Shown: in pieces, positions 1-7,287 of the stretch
Layout of the letters: the number at the start of each line of letters is the position of its first letter
Numbering within the stretch: the stretch's first letter is position 1
From: Candidatus Thalassarchaeaceae archaeon
GTDB taxonomy: Archaea > Thermoplasmatota > Poseidoniia > Poseidoniales > Thalassarchaeaceae
NCBI GenBank assembly: GCA_030747675.1
Contig: JASLKH010000020.1
Location: 1 to 15,398, forward strand
Direction: 5' to 3'
DNA: 15,398 bases
Notes under the pieces: model-generated
The model's input: only the letters and a program-made list of their open reading frames with translations
Told to the model about the DNA's origin: nothing
Databases searched by the model: none
Translations under genes and position numbers: made by a program

Positions 1-217
1 CCATCATTCCTAATGTGATTGCTGGGTTAATGTGGGCACCAGATATGTTCATTGTAGCACTAACCATCACTGAGAGTATTATTCCGTGTGCCACTGCTAC
101 ATGCAACAAATTGGCATCCGCCCCCCCACCTACATAGATTGCGCCTGCCCCAACAAATGTTAGAGCAAAGGTCGCGATGGCTTCGGCTGTAAGTTGGGCT
201 TGTAAATTGGCACTCAT
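1..217 (-). CDS. MIP-family channel (aquaporin), N-terminal part, truncated by the window edge
   Basis: Manual translation from the ATG at 217: MSANLQAQLTAEAIATFALTFVGAGAIYVGGGADANLLHVAVAHGIILSVMVSATMNISGAHINPAITLGMM. It contains the helix-1 'AE..ATF' pattern and the SGAHINPA signature (NPA at nt 20-28). A GGTGA site lies 7 nt upstream. Not in the ORF track because it is incomplete. Confidence 0.96.
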   Translation of the reverse strand, partial: MSANLQAQLTAEAIATFALTFVGAGAIYVGGGADANLLHVAVAHGIILSVMVSATMNISGAHINPAITLGMM

Positions 218-224
218 ATGAGGT

Positions 225-229
225 TCACC
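225..229 (-). promoter_or_regulatory. Archaeal Shine-Dalgarno site (GGTGA) for the aquaporin
   Basis: The minus strand reads tGGTGAacctcatATG, complementary to the archaeal 16S 3' end. Confidence 0.65.
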
Positions 230-297
230 AATTCATACCCTAAATGGGCACACTATGAATAAACCGGTATCTGAATAAGGAAGTAAGCGAAATTTTG

Positions 298-303
298 TAT
301 AAA
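298..303 (-). promoter_or_regulatory. Possible BRE/TATA box for the aquaporin
   Basis: The minus strand reads gaagaaataTTTATAcaaa: a purine-rich run followed by TTTATA, in the intergenic gap upstream of the start. Confidence 0.35.
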
Positions 304-331
304 TATTTCTTCGGGTTTGGAATAAGTCAAC

Positions 332-952
332 TTAAAATTCTCGATTTGTGGGTACTGGGCCATGCAAATTTGGAATCATCTCACCGTCTTCTATTAAGAA
401 GAAAAGCAATATGATGCCCCCAACAAGTGGGACGAAAGAGATACAAAACCACCAACCGGATCTTCCAGTGTCATGTAACCGTCGAATCGTAGAAAAAAGT
501 GCTGCTGGGGCTATGATTAGCATGAATATGATGTAGAAAACAAGGAGTGTCACTCCCATGATGCTCAATCCATTCCCCTCGTATTGTTCCGACATTACCA
601 GCATTATCATTGAGGCAATATATGCCATCATCCCTATTGCTGAATAAAATACCCAAAACCACCAAAATTCAGATCGAGATGCTCTCCCAGTTGCTTCGAA
701 TGATTTGTTCATACAAGTCTTGATGGCGAACGAAAAGGGCATTACAATCGTCGGTCGACCCACAGGTAAACCTTGGCCGTACGGACTTTGTTGCATAGTG
801 GGTACAGAAGGTTGACCTGCAATAACAACCGATTGTGGAGCTGGAGATTGGAGGAGTTGGGAAAGTTCGTCATCTGCTGAATTACTTTGAGTGGGCTGAG
901 AGAATAATGAGGCGTTGCTAGTCGAAGGAGAATCAAACGGGTCCTCTATCAT
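332..952 (-). CDS. DUF805 (YhaH/YhaI-like) membrane protein with a Pro/Gln/Ser-rich N-terminal extension
   Basis: Motifs GRASRSEFWWF and RRLHDTGRSGWW...VPLVGGIILL, three hydrophobic segments, and a low-complexity N-terminus of about 70 aa. Confidence 0.9.
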   Translation of the reverse strand: MIEDPFDSPSTSNASLFSQPTQSNSADDELSQLLQSPAPQSVVIAGQPSVPTMQQSPYGQGLPVGRPTIVMPFSFAIKTCMNKSFEATGRASRSEFWWFWVFYSAIGMMAYIASMIMLVMSEQYEGNGLSIMGVTLLVFYIIFMLIIAPAALFSTIRRLHDTGRSGWWFCISFVPLVGGIILLFFLIEDGEMIPNLHGPVPTNREF

Positions 953-1002
953 GAATTTTTCATATTATTTGAGAATTTGAAGTTATCTATTGGATAATTC
1001 AT

Positions 1003-2964
1003 GTGTGTTCTAATTCAGAGAAGATTGATGTGTACGAGTGTGGGCCACGAACTGTGACTGAAGATATTCTTGAGGCAGAGGTCCTCGGGGAAGTTGATGC
1101 GAGTGAGCGACGGGAGTCTCGCCAACTCAACATTGCAATGGGCACCACCATCACTGTCGTCATTTTATTCATGATTCTTGCAGCAACATTTGGTGCAGGG
1201 TTCTCCAAATCAGTAAGTAAGGGAGACATGGGGGGTGAACATTGGTTGCCACCAGTAGAAGAAAGATCGAAATTAATGTATGACAATAGCGACGTGTTCA
1301 GCCGTGTTTCTTGGAATGGGAGTTACAATATTTCAGATGTACAATCCATTTTTGTTGATGTGCCTGCAATCACACTTGCAGATGGTGGGGCTGGCGCATC
1401 TGGAAATGCAATGGTGCATATGGGGCTCTGGATGCCAATCATTCCTGGTTGCGATTTCACAGAAGAAAATCTCTCCGCTGAATGTCAAGTTCCAATAATC
1501 ACTGAAATTGGTCCCTACTACAATGATGGGGATGTTGATGCACTCACGCCTGCTGATCGATTAGGGCGATTCCTAATCGAAAATTTCGTCCCACATGGAT
1601 ATGGTGTTGCTCAAGTTTCTGTTTTCGGAACGGGAGAGTCTAATCACTGCATGGATTTGATGGGGCTTGACGAACAAGCAGGTATCAAAGCAGCCGTGGA
1701 TTGGCTTGGTAGTCAAAGTTGGTCGAATGGAAAAGTTGCTGCAATTGGTAAATCGTATGATGGGTCCACTCCTTGGAATGCCGCTGCGTCTGGATCAGAA
1801 CATCTTGCCACTATCATCCCAATGTCAGGTTTAATTGGGGTACATGAATTGATGTGGCGTAACGGTAGTATGGAAGCCCGGGGTGCAATAATGCACAATG
1901 GGGTGTATGGTTCATTTGGTTTAGATGGTGATCTTAGTGATGCTGAAAATGCTTGTGAAGGGTACATGGAAGGGTATTACGCTGGAGTAGCTGCATACCT
2001 CTCAGGTGACAATTTAGCGTGGACTGGTAGCGACTATTGGGAAGAGAGATATTTTCTTGATAGAGCAATGGATGTTTACAATGGCTCTGTATACATCATC
2101 CATGGAATGCAAGATTGGAATGTGGACCCACATATGGCTTTCCCCACTCATCAAATTGCGATTGACAATGGATTTGATGTCAAGGGGTTGTATGGACAAT
2201 GGACTCATGATTATCCTGATCGCTTGAGTGGGCACCAAGGTGGGCTTGGATTCCCATGGTCCTTGCGTTGGGATTGGGCAGATGATTTGCTTGAATGGTT
2301 CGATTATTATCTCCGTGATTTAGGGCCGAAGCCGAGACTTATTGCTGAAATTCAAGATGACCGTGGTGGTTGGAGAGTAGAATCAACGTATCCTCCTGAA
2401 GATGTCCAATGGATTGATCTCGGACTGGACTCCTGTAATGTAGAGGCGGGCAGTGCCACTATTACTTCGACTAGTCAGACTCTTCTCGACTGTGGGATTT
2501 TTGAAAATGATACCCGCATTGTAGGTTCACCGACACTACATATTGAATCCCAAATAGCTCTAACAGCAACGGGTGGTCATCTATTTGTAGAGATGATTCG
2601 AACTAGTGATGGAGAACATCTGGGGCATGCAGTCATGGATTTACGATTTCATGCCGGTGGAAAGAATGGAGAAGTTCTCACACCTGGTGAAACAGTTGTG
2701 GCAAAGATGGAGTTCTTTGCCATGGATGTCTTTGTGCCCGCTGGTGACGGAATTAGATTGATAATTACTCAAACAGGTGACGATTATGTACCGAGTCCAG
2801 TGAGTATTCAGCCAGTAACTGTTTCACTAGACTCAAGTAGTACTCTTTCCCTTTCAACTGTAAAACGCACCTGCAACGATTTATTCCTACCACCTATGTT
2901 TCTCGGACAAGATTCTGTTTCCTTACCTGAAGGAATATACAATTGTAATTGGGAAGACTTGTGA
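1003..2964 (+). CDS. Membrane-anchored S15/CocE-NonD family serine hydrolase (Xaa-Pro dipeptidyl-peptidase-like)
   Basis: Nucleophile motif GKSYDG, HGMQDWNV (Asp) and GQWTH (His) match the PepX/CocE triad pattern. There is one N-terminal TM helix after RRESR and a C-terminal beta-rich domain. The true start may be the GTG at 1054 (MTEDILEAEV...). Confidence 0.88.
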   Translation: MCSNSEKIDVYECGPRTVTEDILEAEVLGEVDASERRESRQLNIAMGTTITVVILFMILAATFGAGFSKSVSKGDMGGEHWLPPVEERSKLMYDNSDVFSRVSWNGSYNISDVQSIFVDVPAITLADGGAGASGNAMVHMGLWMPIIPGCDFTEENLSAECQVPIITEIGPYYNDGDVDALTPADRLGRFLIENFVPHGYGVAQVSVFGTGESNHCMDLMGLDEQAGIKAAVDWLGSQSWSNGKVAAIGKSYDGSTPWNAAASGSEHLATIIPMSGLIGVHELMWRNGSMEARGAIMHNGVYGSFGLDGDLSDAENACEGYMEGYYAGVAAYLSGDNLAWTGSDYWEERYFLDRAMDVYNGSVYIIHGMQDWNVDPHMAFPTHQIAIDNGFDVKGLYGQWTHDYPDRLSGHQGGLGFPWSLRWDWADDLLEWFDYYLRDLGPKPRLIAEIQDDRGGWRVESTYPPEDVQWIDLGLDSCNVEAGSATITSTSQTLLDCGIFENDTRIVGSPTLHIESQIALTATGGHLFVEMIRTSDGEHLGHAVMDLRFHAGGKNGEVLTPGETVVAKMEFFAMDVFVPAGDGIRLIITQTGDDYVPSPVSIQPVTVSLDSSSTLSLSTVKRTCNDLFLPPMFLGQDSVSLPEGIYNCNWEDL

Positions 2965-3033
2965 AAACAGTGTGGTTTGAGAAAGCAGTGATGCGGTATA
3001 TTGAGAAGACTTCGGTACAGCGGCACTATTATC

Positions 3034-3038
3034 GGTGA
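3034..3038 (+). promoter_or_regulatory. Shine-Dalgarno site (GGTGA) for the GST gene
   Basis: GGTGAgcaaATG supports the ATG at 3043 over the TTG at 3001 used in the ORF track. Confidence 0.65.
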
Positions 3039-3042
3039 GCAA

Positions 3043-3741
3043 ATGAGTACTACAAGTCCAACATTACATCTGCTCCATACATGCCCTTTTTGTTGGAAAA
3101 TCCGAAGTCTTGCAGAGCACTTAGGTATTGATTACAAAAAGAAACAAATCAATGCAATGAGAATGAAAAAAGAATTAAAATTCACCGATGGATGGAATAA
3201 AGTTCCAGTGTGGACTGAAAATACAGGCGAGATAATTGTAGATTCTACTCCAATAATGATTCACATTGATGCTGTATATAACAATGGAGAAATGTGGGCA
3301 ACTCATGATGAAGAGCGACGAGATAAATGGATGGAATGGGCTGATACAAAATTGTCCAAAGCAACTGTCCCAATCCTGTATGGGACTATTGGTTCTGCAT
3401 TAAAAACCACCACTAGAATTTCTAAATTGGAGAAATTCGGATTCTTTTCAAAAAGGCTGTATGCGTGGGCAGGATTCCCTATAATGTGGGGGATTATTGC
3501 TAAAAAGCGTGTCAAGAATGATGGTCGTAAACCTAAGAAACTTTGGCATGACTTACTAACAGATTTCACCAATGAATTTGGTGTAGAATCATTCTTTGGG
3601 GGTAAGGAGCCAGATATCGTTGATATTGCCGCTTTCGGGTACATGCGATCAATCTCTCCCTTCCCTCAATTTTCATTGCTAGAAGATCATGAGGCTGGAA
3701 TGAAATGGTACCGGAGAGTTGAGCAAACTCTCAACATTTGA
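3043..3741 (+). CDS. Glutathione S-transferase / glutaredoxin-fold protein, prostaglandin E synthase 2 (mPGES-2)-like
   Basis: TCPFCWKIR (CPFC), cis-Pro motif KVP, DS.PI, W.EWAD and FFGGKEPDIVDIAAFG follow the mPGES-2/GST pattern. Start refined to the ATG at 3043. Confidence 0.88.
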   Translation: MSTTSPTLHLLHTCPFCWKIRSLAEHLGIDYKKKQINAMRMKKELKFTDGWNKVPVWTENTGEIIVDSTPIMIHIDAVYNNGEMWATHDEERRDKWMEWADTKLSKATVPILYGTIGSALKTTTRISKLEKFGFFSKRLYAWAGFPIMWGIIAKKRVKNDGRKPKKLWHDLLTDFTNEFGVESFFGGKEPDIVDIAAFGYMRSISPFPQFSLLEDHEAGMKWYRRVEQTLNI

Positions 3742-3751
3742 TGCGAAAAGT

Positions 3752-3841
3752 TGGCGAAGAACATCGGCTTGAGCAAAAGTTGCTGTGACGTGCAACTTTA
3801 TCAGCGAAGCGTGCCGAGTGGAGGGCCGATGTTCCTTGCCA
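3752..3841. ncRNA. Candidate structured RNA or ssDNA fold-back, family unknown
   Basis: 3752-3770 pairs with 3823-3841 (18 of 19 positions on the + strand, including 3 G-U; perfect core GAACATCGGC/GCCGATGTTC). It encloses a perfect 8-bp hairpin, AAAGTTGC (3776-3783)/GCAACTTT (3792-3799). It lies between convergent genes. Strand is not resolved. Confidence 0.4.
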
Positions 3842-3888
3842 GTGAGACATTACTACAAGGCGGGCTATAAACAAAAGGGCGAATAGCA

Positions 3889-3964
3889 TCATTTCCACTG
3901 GAAATGACTTTTTAAGCCTATTTAGGTCTTATATGAATGATTTTTTTCCAATGGAAATAGGGGT
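3889..3964. other. Candidate archaeal replication origin: two ORB-like boxes flanking an AT-rich spacer
   Basis: TTTCCACTGGAAA (3892-3904; the minus strand reads TTTCCAGTGGAAA) and TTTCCAATGGAAA-TAGGGGT (3945-3964, with a G-string). The spacer 3908-3944 is 28/37 A+T. This matches the established ORB core TTCCAGTGGAAA plus G-string. Confidence 0.6.
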
Positions 3965-4789
3965 CTATTCATCACTTTGGAGAAATAAAGTTAGCAACAC
4001 AGCAAGTGACCCAAGACCACAAGATATGTACAAATGACCCATTGAAAATAAACTCGTAAAACCCGCAATACGGATTAACCCTACATTCTTCTTACGGATT
4101 CCTGTCATCACAAGCAATATCGAAAGCAGTCCGAGCCCCGTAAAGGCTGAGCCAAACATGTCGTACATGGCACCTGCAGTTTGATCATATGGCTCAGTAC
4201 CGTTTTCTTGCTGAGATTTACTGTAATCAATCCAAGCATTTCCTGACTCAATTATTGCGGATCCAAAATCTTCGTCATCTGGCCATTCTAATTTCAAATA
4301 CGTGTATCCAATGGGCTCAATTATTGAAGGAGGGGTGAGCAAAATTCTATTTCTCACCCAATGCATACCATCAGGTGAATCGATGTCGAGAAGTGCTACT
4401 CCAGGGTCCAGTTTCTCAAATTCAAATACACCATTTTCGTTAGTAAGTGTTGTCACTTTTCTATTCTGACTTTCAACGTGTACTGAAACTGTGTGATTTA
4501 CCATTGGGTACCCCATAGAATCTACAATAATCCCTGAAAGTGTTGCAGAACCCCCTGGTGCTCCTGCAGATTGTGCATAGATCATTTGCCTATGAGTGTA
4601 AATACCCCCGTCGCCATCGAGATAATCCAATCCAACATATACACCTGCTGTTGCAGCAAGGATTGCAAGAAAAGCGGCAAGACGCGCCCTTGGATGCAAG
4701 ACTGATTCACTTGGCAACATTATCCGGGCACCAGACGACTTGAATGTCGTCTCTTCTTCAGGAATGGTTGTCAAAATTTGAGGGTCCAC
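3965..4789 (-). CDS. Membrane protein with a carboxypeptidase-regulatory-like (transthyretin/Cna-B-like) beta-sandwich domain
   Basis: An N-terminal TM (LAAFLAILAATAGVYVGL), then LSGIIVDSMGYPMVNHTVSV...TTLTNENGVFEFEKLDPG, the typical CarboxypepD_reg pattern, then 2-3 C-terminal TM helices. GTG start. Confidence 0.75.
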   Translation of the reverse strand: MDPQILTTIPEEETTFKSSGARIMLPSESVLHPRARLAAFLAILAATAGVYVGLDYLDGDGGIYTHRQMIYAQSAGAPGGSATLSGIIVDSMGYPMVNHTVSVHVESQNRKVTTLTNENGVFEFEKLDPGVALLDIDSPDGMHWVRNRILLTPPSIIEPIGYTYLKLEWPDDEDFGSAIIESGNAWIDYSKSQQENGTEPYDQTAGAMYDMFGSAFTGLGLLSILLVMTGIRKKNVGLIRIAGFTSLFSMGHLYISCGLGSLAVLLTLFLQSDE

Positions 4790-4811
4790 TATTGGTGGAT
4801 TGAGTTCACTC

Positions 4812-5786
4812 TCAAGAGGCTTCGCTTTCGTAAAGGGCGATTACTTTTCGGTCAAGTGTTGCTAAAGGCACATCTCTTGGGTTCGTCAATTTGTGATTCT
4901 TTGATGATGTAAGAAGCACTGTTATCTGAATTTTTTTGTGAGAGAAATCATGAGTTATTTGGCCAATTTCGGTTATATTCTCATCTTCTATATTCAATGA
5001 ATTTAGTAAATTAATTTGTGCATTTTCACCTTCTTGATATGGTAATCCCCAAAGTCCACCAAGAATTTTACCTTCACGTTCATTAAGAACTAAACCCCCA
5101 TTTCCTGCGATTATGAGTACTGTTGCTTGCACCTTTTTTTGCTTAACCTTTCTACTAGCCGGCCACTCTTCAGGTGTTGGGGTTTGGGTGGCAAGACAAT
5201 GAGGCTGTAAAGGACATTTTACACATTTTGGTTTCCGAGGAGTACAAATTGTAGAACCCAATTCCATGATTGCTTGATTCCATTCACCTGGCCGATCTGT
5301 ATACAACAACTGATCGGCATTTATCTGTACTTCTTTATTCGTCAAATGCTTAGCTCTCAACCGAGAAATTACTCTTCTAACATTGCCATCCACACAAGCC
5401 ACTGATTCTCCAAAAGCAATAGAGGAAACTGCTGCTGCAGTATAAGTTCCGATTCCAGGTAACTCAAGTAGGTCATCCCTTGTTTGGGGGAGAGGTTTAG
5501 ATCCTAGTTGGCATGCAAGTTTGTACAAATTTCTAGCCCTTGCATAATATCCACAACCTTGCCATAATTGTAGAAGTCTTTCTTGAGGTTTAGCGGCCAT
5601 CAATTGAGGATTGGGGTACTCCTTCCGAATCCTTTCCCAGTATTCCAAACCCGTTTCCATCCGCGTTTGTTGAAGAATTATTTCTGCGAGTAATATTTCC
5701 CATGCTGAGACTTTAGAGATGCGCCAAGGGAGGGGTCTTGCATTGGTTTCATACCATGACAAAAGAGCTGCTTGGGCGGCCTCCAT
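4812..5786 (-). CDS. mutY: A/G-specific adenine DNA glycosylase MutY
   Basis: WY...ARPLPWR, EIILQQT (catalytic Glu), G.GYYARARNL, HhH LPGIGTYTAAAV, VDGNVRRV (catalytic Asp), [4Fe-4S] motif CTPRKPKCVKCPLQPHC, and a C-terminal NUDIX-like domain with GLWGLP and HDFSH. Confidence 0.96.
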   Translation of the reverse strand: MEAAQAALLSWYETNARPLPWRISKVSAWEILLAEIILQQTRMETGLEYWERIRKEYPNPQLMAAKPQERLLQLWQGCGYYARARNLYKLACQLGSKPLPQTRDDLLELPGIGTYTAAAVSSIAFGESVACVDGNVRRVISRLRAKHLTNKEVQINADQLLYTDRPGEWNQAIMELGSTICTPRKPKCVKCPLQPHCLATQTPTPEEWPASRKVKQKKVQATVLIIAGNGGLVLNEREGKILGGLWGLPYQEGENAQINLLNSLNIEDENITEIGQITHDFSHKKIQITVLLTSSKNHKLTNPRDVPLATLDRKVIALYESEAS

Positions 5787-5860
5787 GCTACTCGCATAGC
5801 ATCATCCATGATGTCGGTTGCGACCGATGGCGACATGAGGGATGGCTTTCTCCGACCTAC

Positions 5861-6100
5861 ATGGCAATGTGCGAGGCGAGGTGGATTGGCTCTACAAAAT
5901 TAGGGCAATCGTTGCTCGCATCAATTACTGCTGATGACCCTGGCTCATTTGAAACCGAATTATTGACACTACAGAATGATACTGTCGAGTTAATTATTCG
6001 AGTAAGTGCTGATTCAATTGGTACTCTAAGGTCTACAATGGATGATCTATTGGCTTGCCTTTCTGCTGTCGAAGGGAGTCTTGATGTTATTCAAAATTGA
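5861..6100 (+). CDS. pcc1: KEOPS complex subunit Pcc1
   Basis: 79 aa from the ATG at 5861 (MAMCEARW...). The C-terminal LIIRVSADSIGTLRSTMDDLLACLSAVE fits the Pcc1 pattern. The longer track start at 5738 would overlap the divergent mutY start. Confidence 0.8.
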   Translation: MAMCEARWIGSTKLGQSLLASITADDPGSFETELLTLQNDTVELIIRVSADSIGTLRSTMDDLLACLSAVEGSLDVIQN

Positions 6101-7287
6101 GAGGCTGCACGGCCCGCTTGCATTCCAGTATATACTGCATGGTCACCTGGTTCGGACTCAACTTTGAGGCCCGACCCTGCCAAAAATATTCCTACATCAG
6201 AAAAAATATCGAAAGGTGTAAATGATGTTGAGGCGGCATCAGAAAGTCTCAATTCTGGAATAGTAATATCACTTTTTATCGCTGATTCCCAACCACAGCA
6301 TTGTGTGTTCAAAAATTCTTCAATACGCTTTTCTGCTGTTGACTTAGAACCGTAGGCAAAACAATGTAACAAGCTAGCAGAACCTACGAATTCTCTCGGA
6401 ACTCTTTCAGGTGCATGTTGAGCCAAATCAATTGCGAGAACTTCTCTATCAGCATCCCACAATGCAATATGAGGGCGCATGAAGCAGCCTGAAAGTCCAA
6501 TGTATCTGGCCCATACTGTATTCAACTTTACTTTAGGTAGGTTACCAATTGCTATTCCACTTGATTCTAATATTCTTCTTTTGGAAGACAGGGGGCATGC
6601 CAGAACTACGGAATCGACAGGGAATACACGTCCTTTTCTCCGAACACCGTCCACTTGACCATTCTTGTTAATTCGTAATTCTGTAACTTGTCCCTCTGTT
6701 AGAACTGTGACATCTGTTAATCTCCCTGCTGCAATTAATCGTCCACTGGCCCCTACCCACCCATCTAATGGGACTCTGGGTGAATCTTTCCAAACCAAAT
6801 TCTGAATCGATTGAGATAATGATGCTGAATTCAGCCTTGTTGGGTCCAGATGGCTCAATAATCCTAAGAAATGCACGATGTCGCTTTCCAATCCACTCAA
6901 CTCAGGAATACTACCTCTCCGACTATGGCGAATGATCTCGCCCCATGATTCAGCAAGAGGGCCCGTGTAGCGACGAAGCATTCCTCTTGATTGAGGTATT
7001 GATATTCTCTGATTATTTCTAATAACTGCTAGTAAAGAGGTGTTGATTGTTCTAGTTGGCATTGGAGTTTTGAGTCGGCGGAGTGCTTGATCCAAGTCAC
7101 CTTTACGCCTCCACATCAAAGGCGTTTGATCAAATAACCAATTTTTTCCTGTACTTGGCAAAGGGGAGGCTCGGCCACCTATTGGTTCCTGTATTCCGAA
7201 AACTACTGCTTCGGCACCACCTTGTACTACTGAAAGTGCTGCAGCAAGGCCTGAGAGGCCATCTCCAACAACTCCAACTCGGCGCAT
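6091..7287 (-). CDS. FAD-dependent oxidoreductase (amine oxidase / phytoene desaturase-like superfamily), substrate unknown
   Basis: N-terminal VGVVGDGLSGLAAA (GxGxxG) and GGRA, internal VDSVVLACP, C-terminal FLAG...HAVYTGMQAG. Confidence 0.8.
   Translation of the reverse strand: MRRVGVVGDGLSGLAAALSVVQGGAEAVVFGIQEPIGGRASPLPSTGKNWLFDQTPLMWRRKGDLDQALRRLKTPMPTRTINTSLLAVIRNNQRISIPQSRGMLRRYTGPLAESWGEIIRHSRRGSIPELSGLESDIVHFLGLLSHLDPTRLNSASLSQSIQNLVWKDSPRVPLDGWVGASGRLIAAGRLTDVTVLTEGQVTELRINKNGQVDGVRRKGRVFPVDSVVLACPLSSKRRILESSGIAIGNLPKVKLNTVWARYIGLSGCFMRPHIALWDADREVLAIDLAQHAPERVPREFVGSASLLHCFAYGSKSTAEKRIEEFLNTQCCGWESAIKSDITIPELRLSDAASTSFTPFDIFSDVGIFLAGSGLKVESEPGDHAVYTGMQAGRAASQF

Noticed and set aside
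3714-3732. Perfect 7-bp hairpin GAGAGTT/AACTCTC with glycine-riboswitch-like words
   Set aside because: It lies inside the last GST codons, and the rest of the aptamer is missing.
3752-3849. Fold-back followed by ACA, suggesting an H/ACA guide RNA
   Set aside because: There is no K-turn, the basal stem is too long for the usual pocket-to-ACA distance, and the internal loop is very asymmetric.
3817-3869. AGTGGAGGG resembles a twister ribozyme 3' strand, and AAGGCGGGCTATA resembles the 3' P4 strand of archaeal RNase P RNA
   Set aside because: The twister UAA/P2/L4 elements and the RNase P 5' GAGGAA..TCC segment are absent, so these are isolated short matches.
3739-3870. GST ends in TGA with a stem starting about 11 nt later and an open frame beyond, suggesting Sec readthrough
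   Set aside because: The GST domain is already complete, the extension looks non-protein-like, archaeal SECIS elements do not work in this position, and no Sec machinery is visible.
3731-3892. 53-aa minus-strand ORF (MMLFALLFIARLVVMSHWQ...) with a hydrophobic start, antisense to the fold-back, suggesting a type I toxin-antitoxin pair
   Set aside because: The hydrophobic stretch is short and interrupted by Arg, there is no SD, the start lies inside the left ORB-like box, and the ORF overlaps the GST 3' end. Ribosome profiling or codon-level conservation would be needed to revive it.
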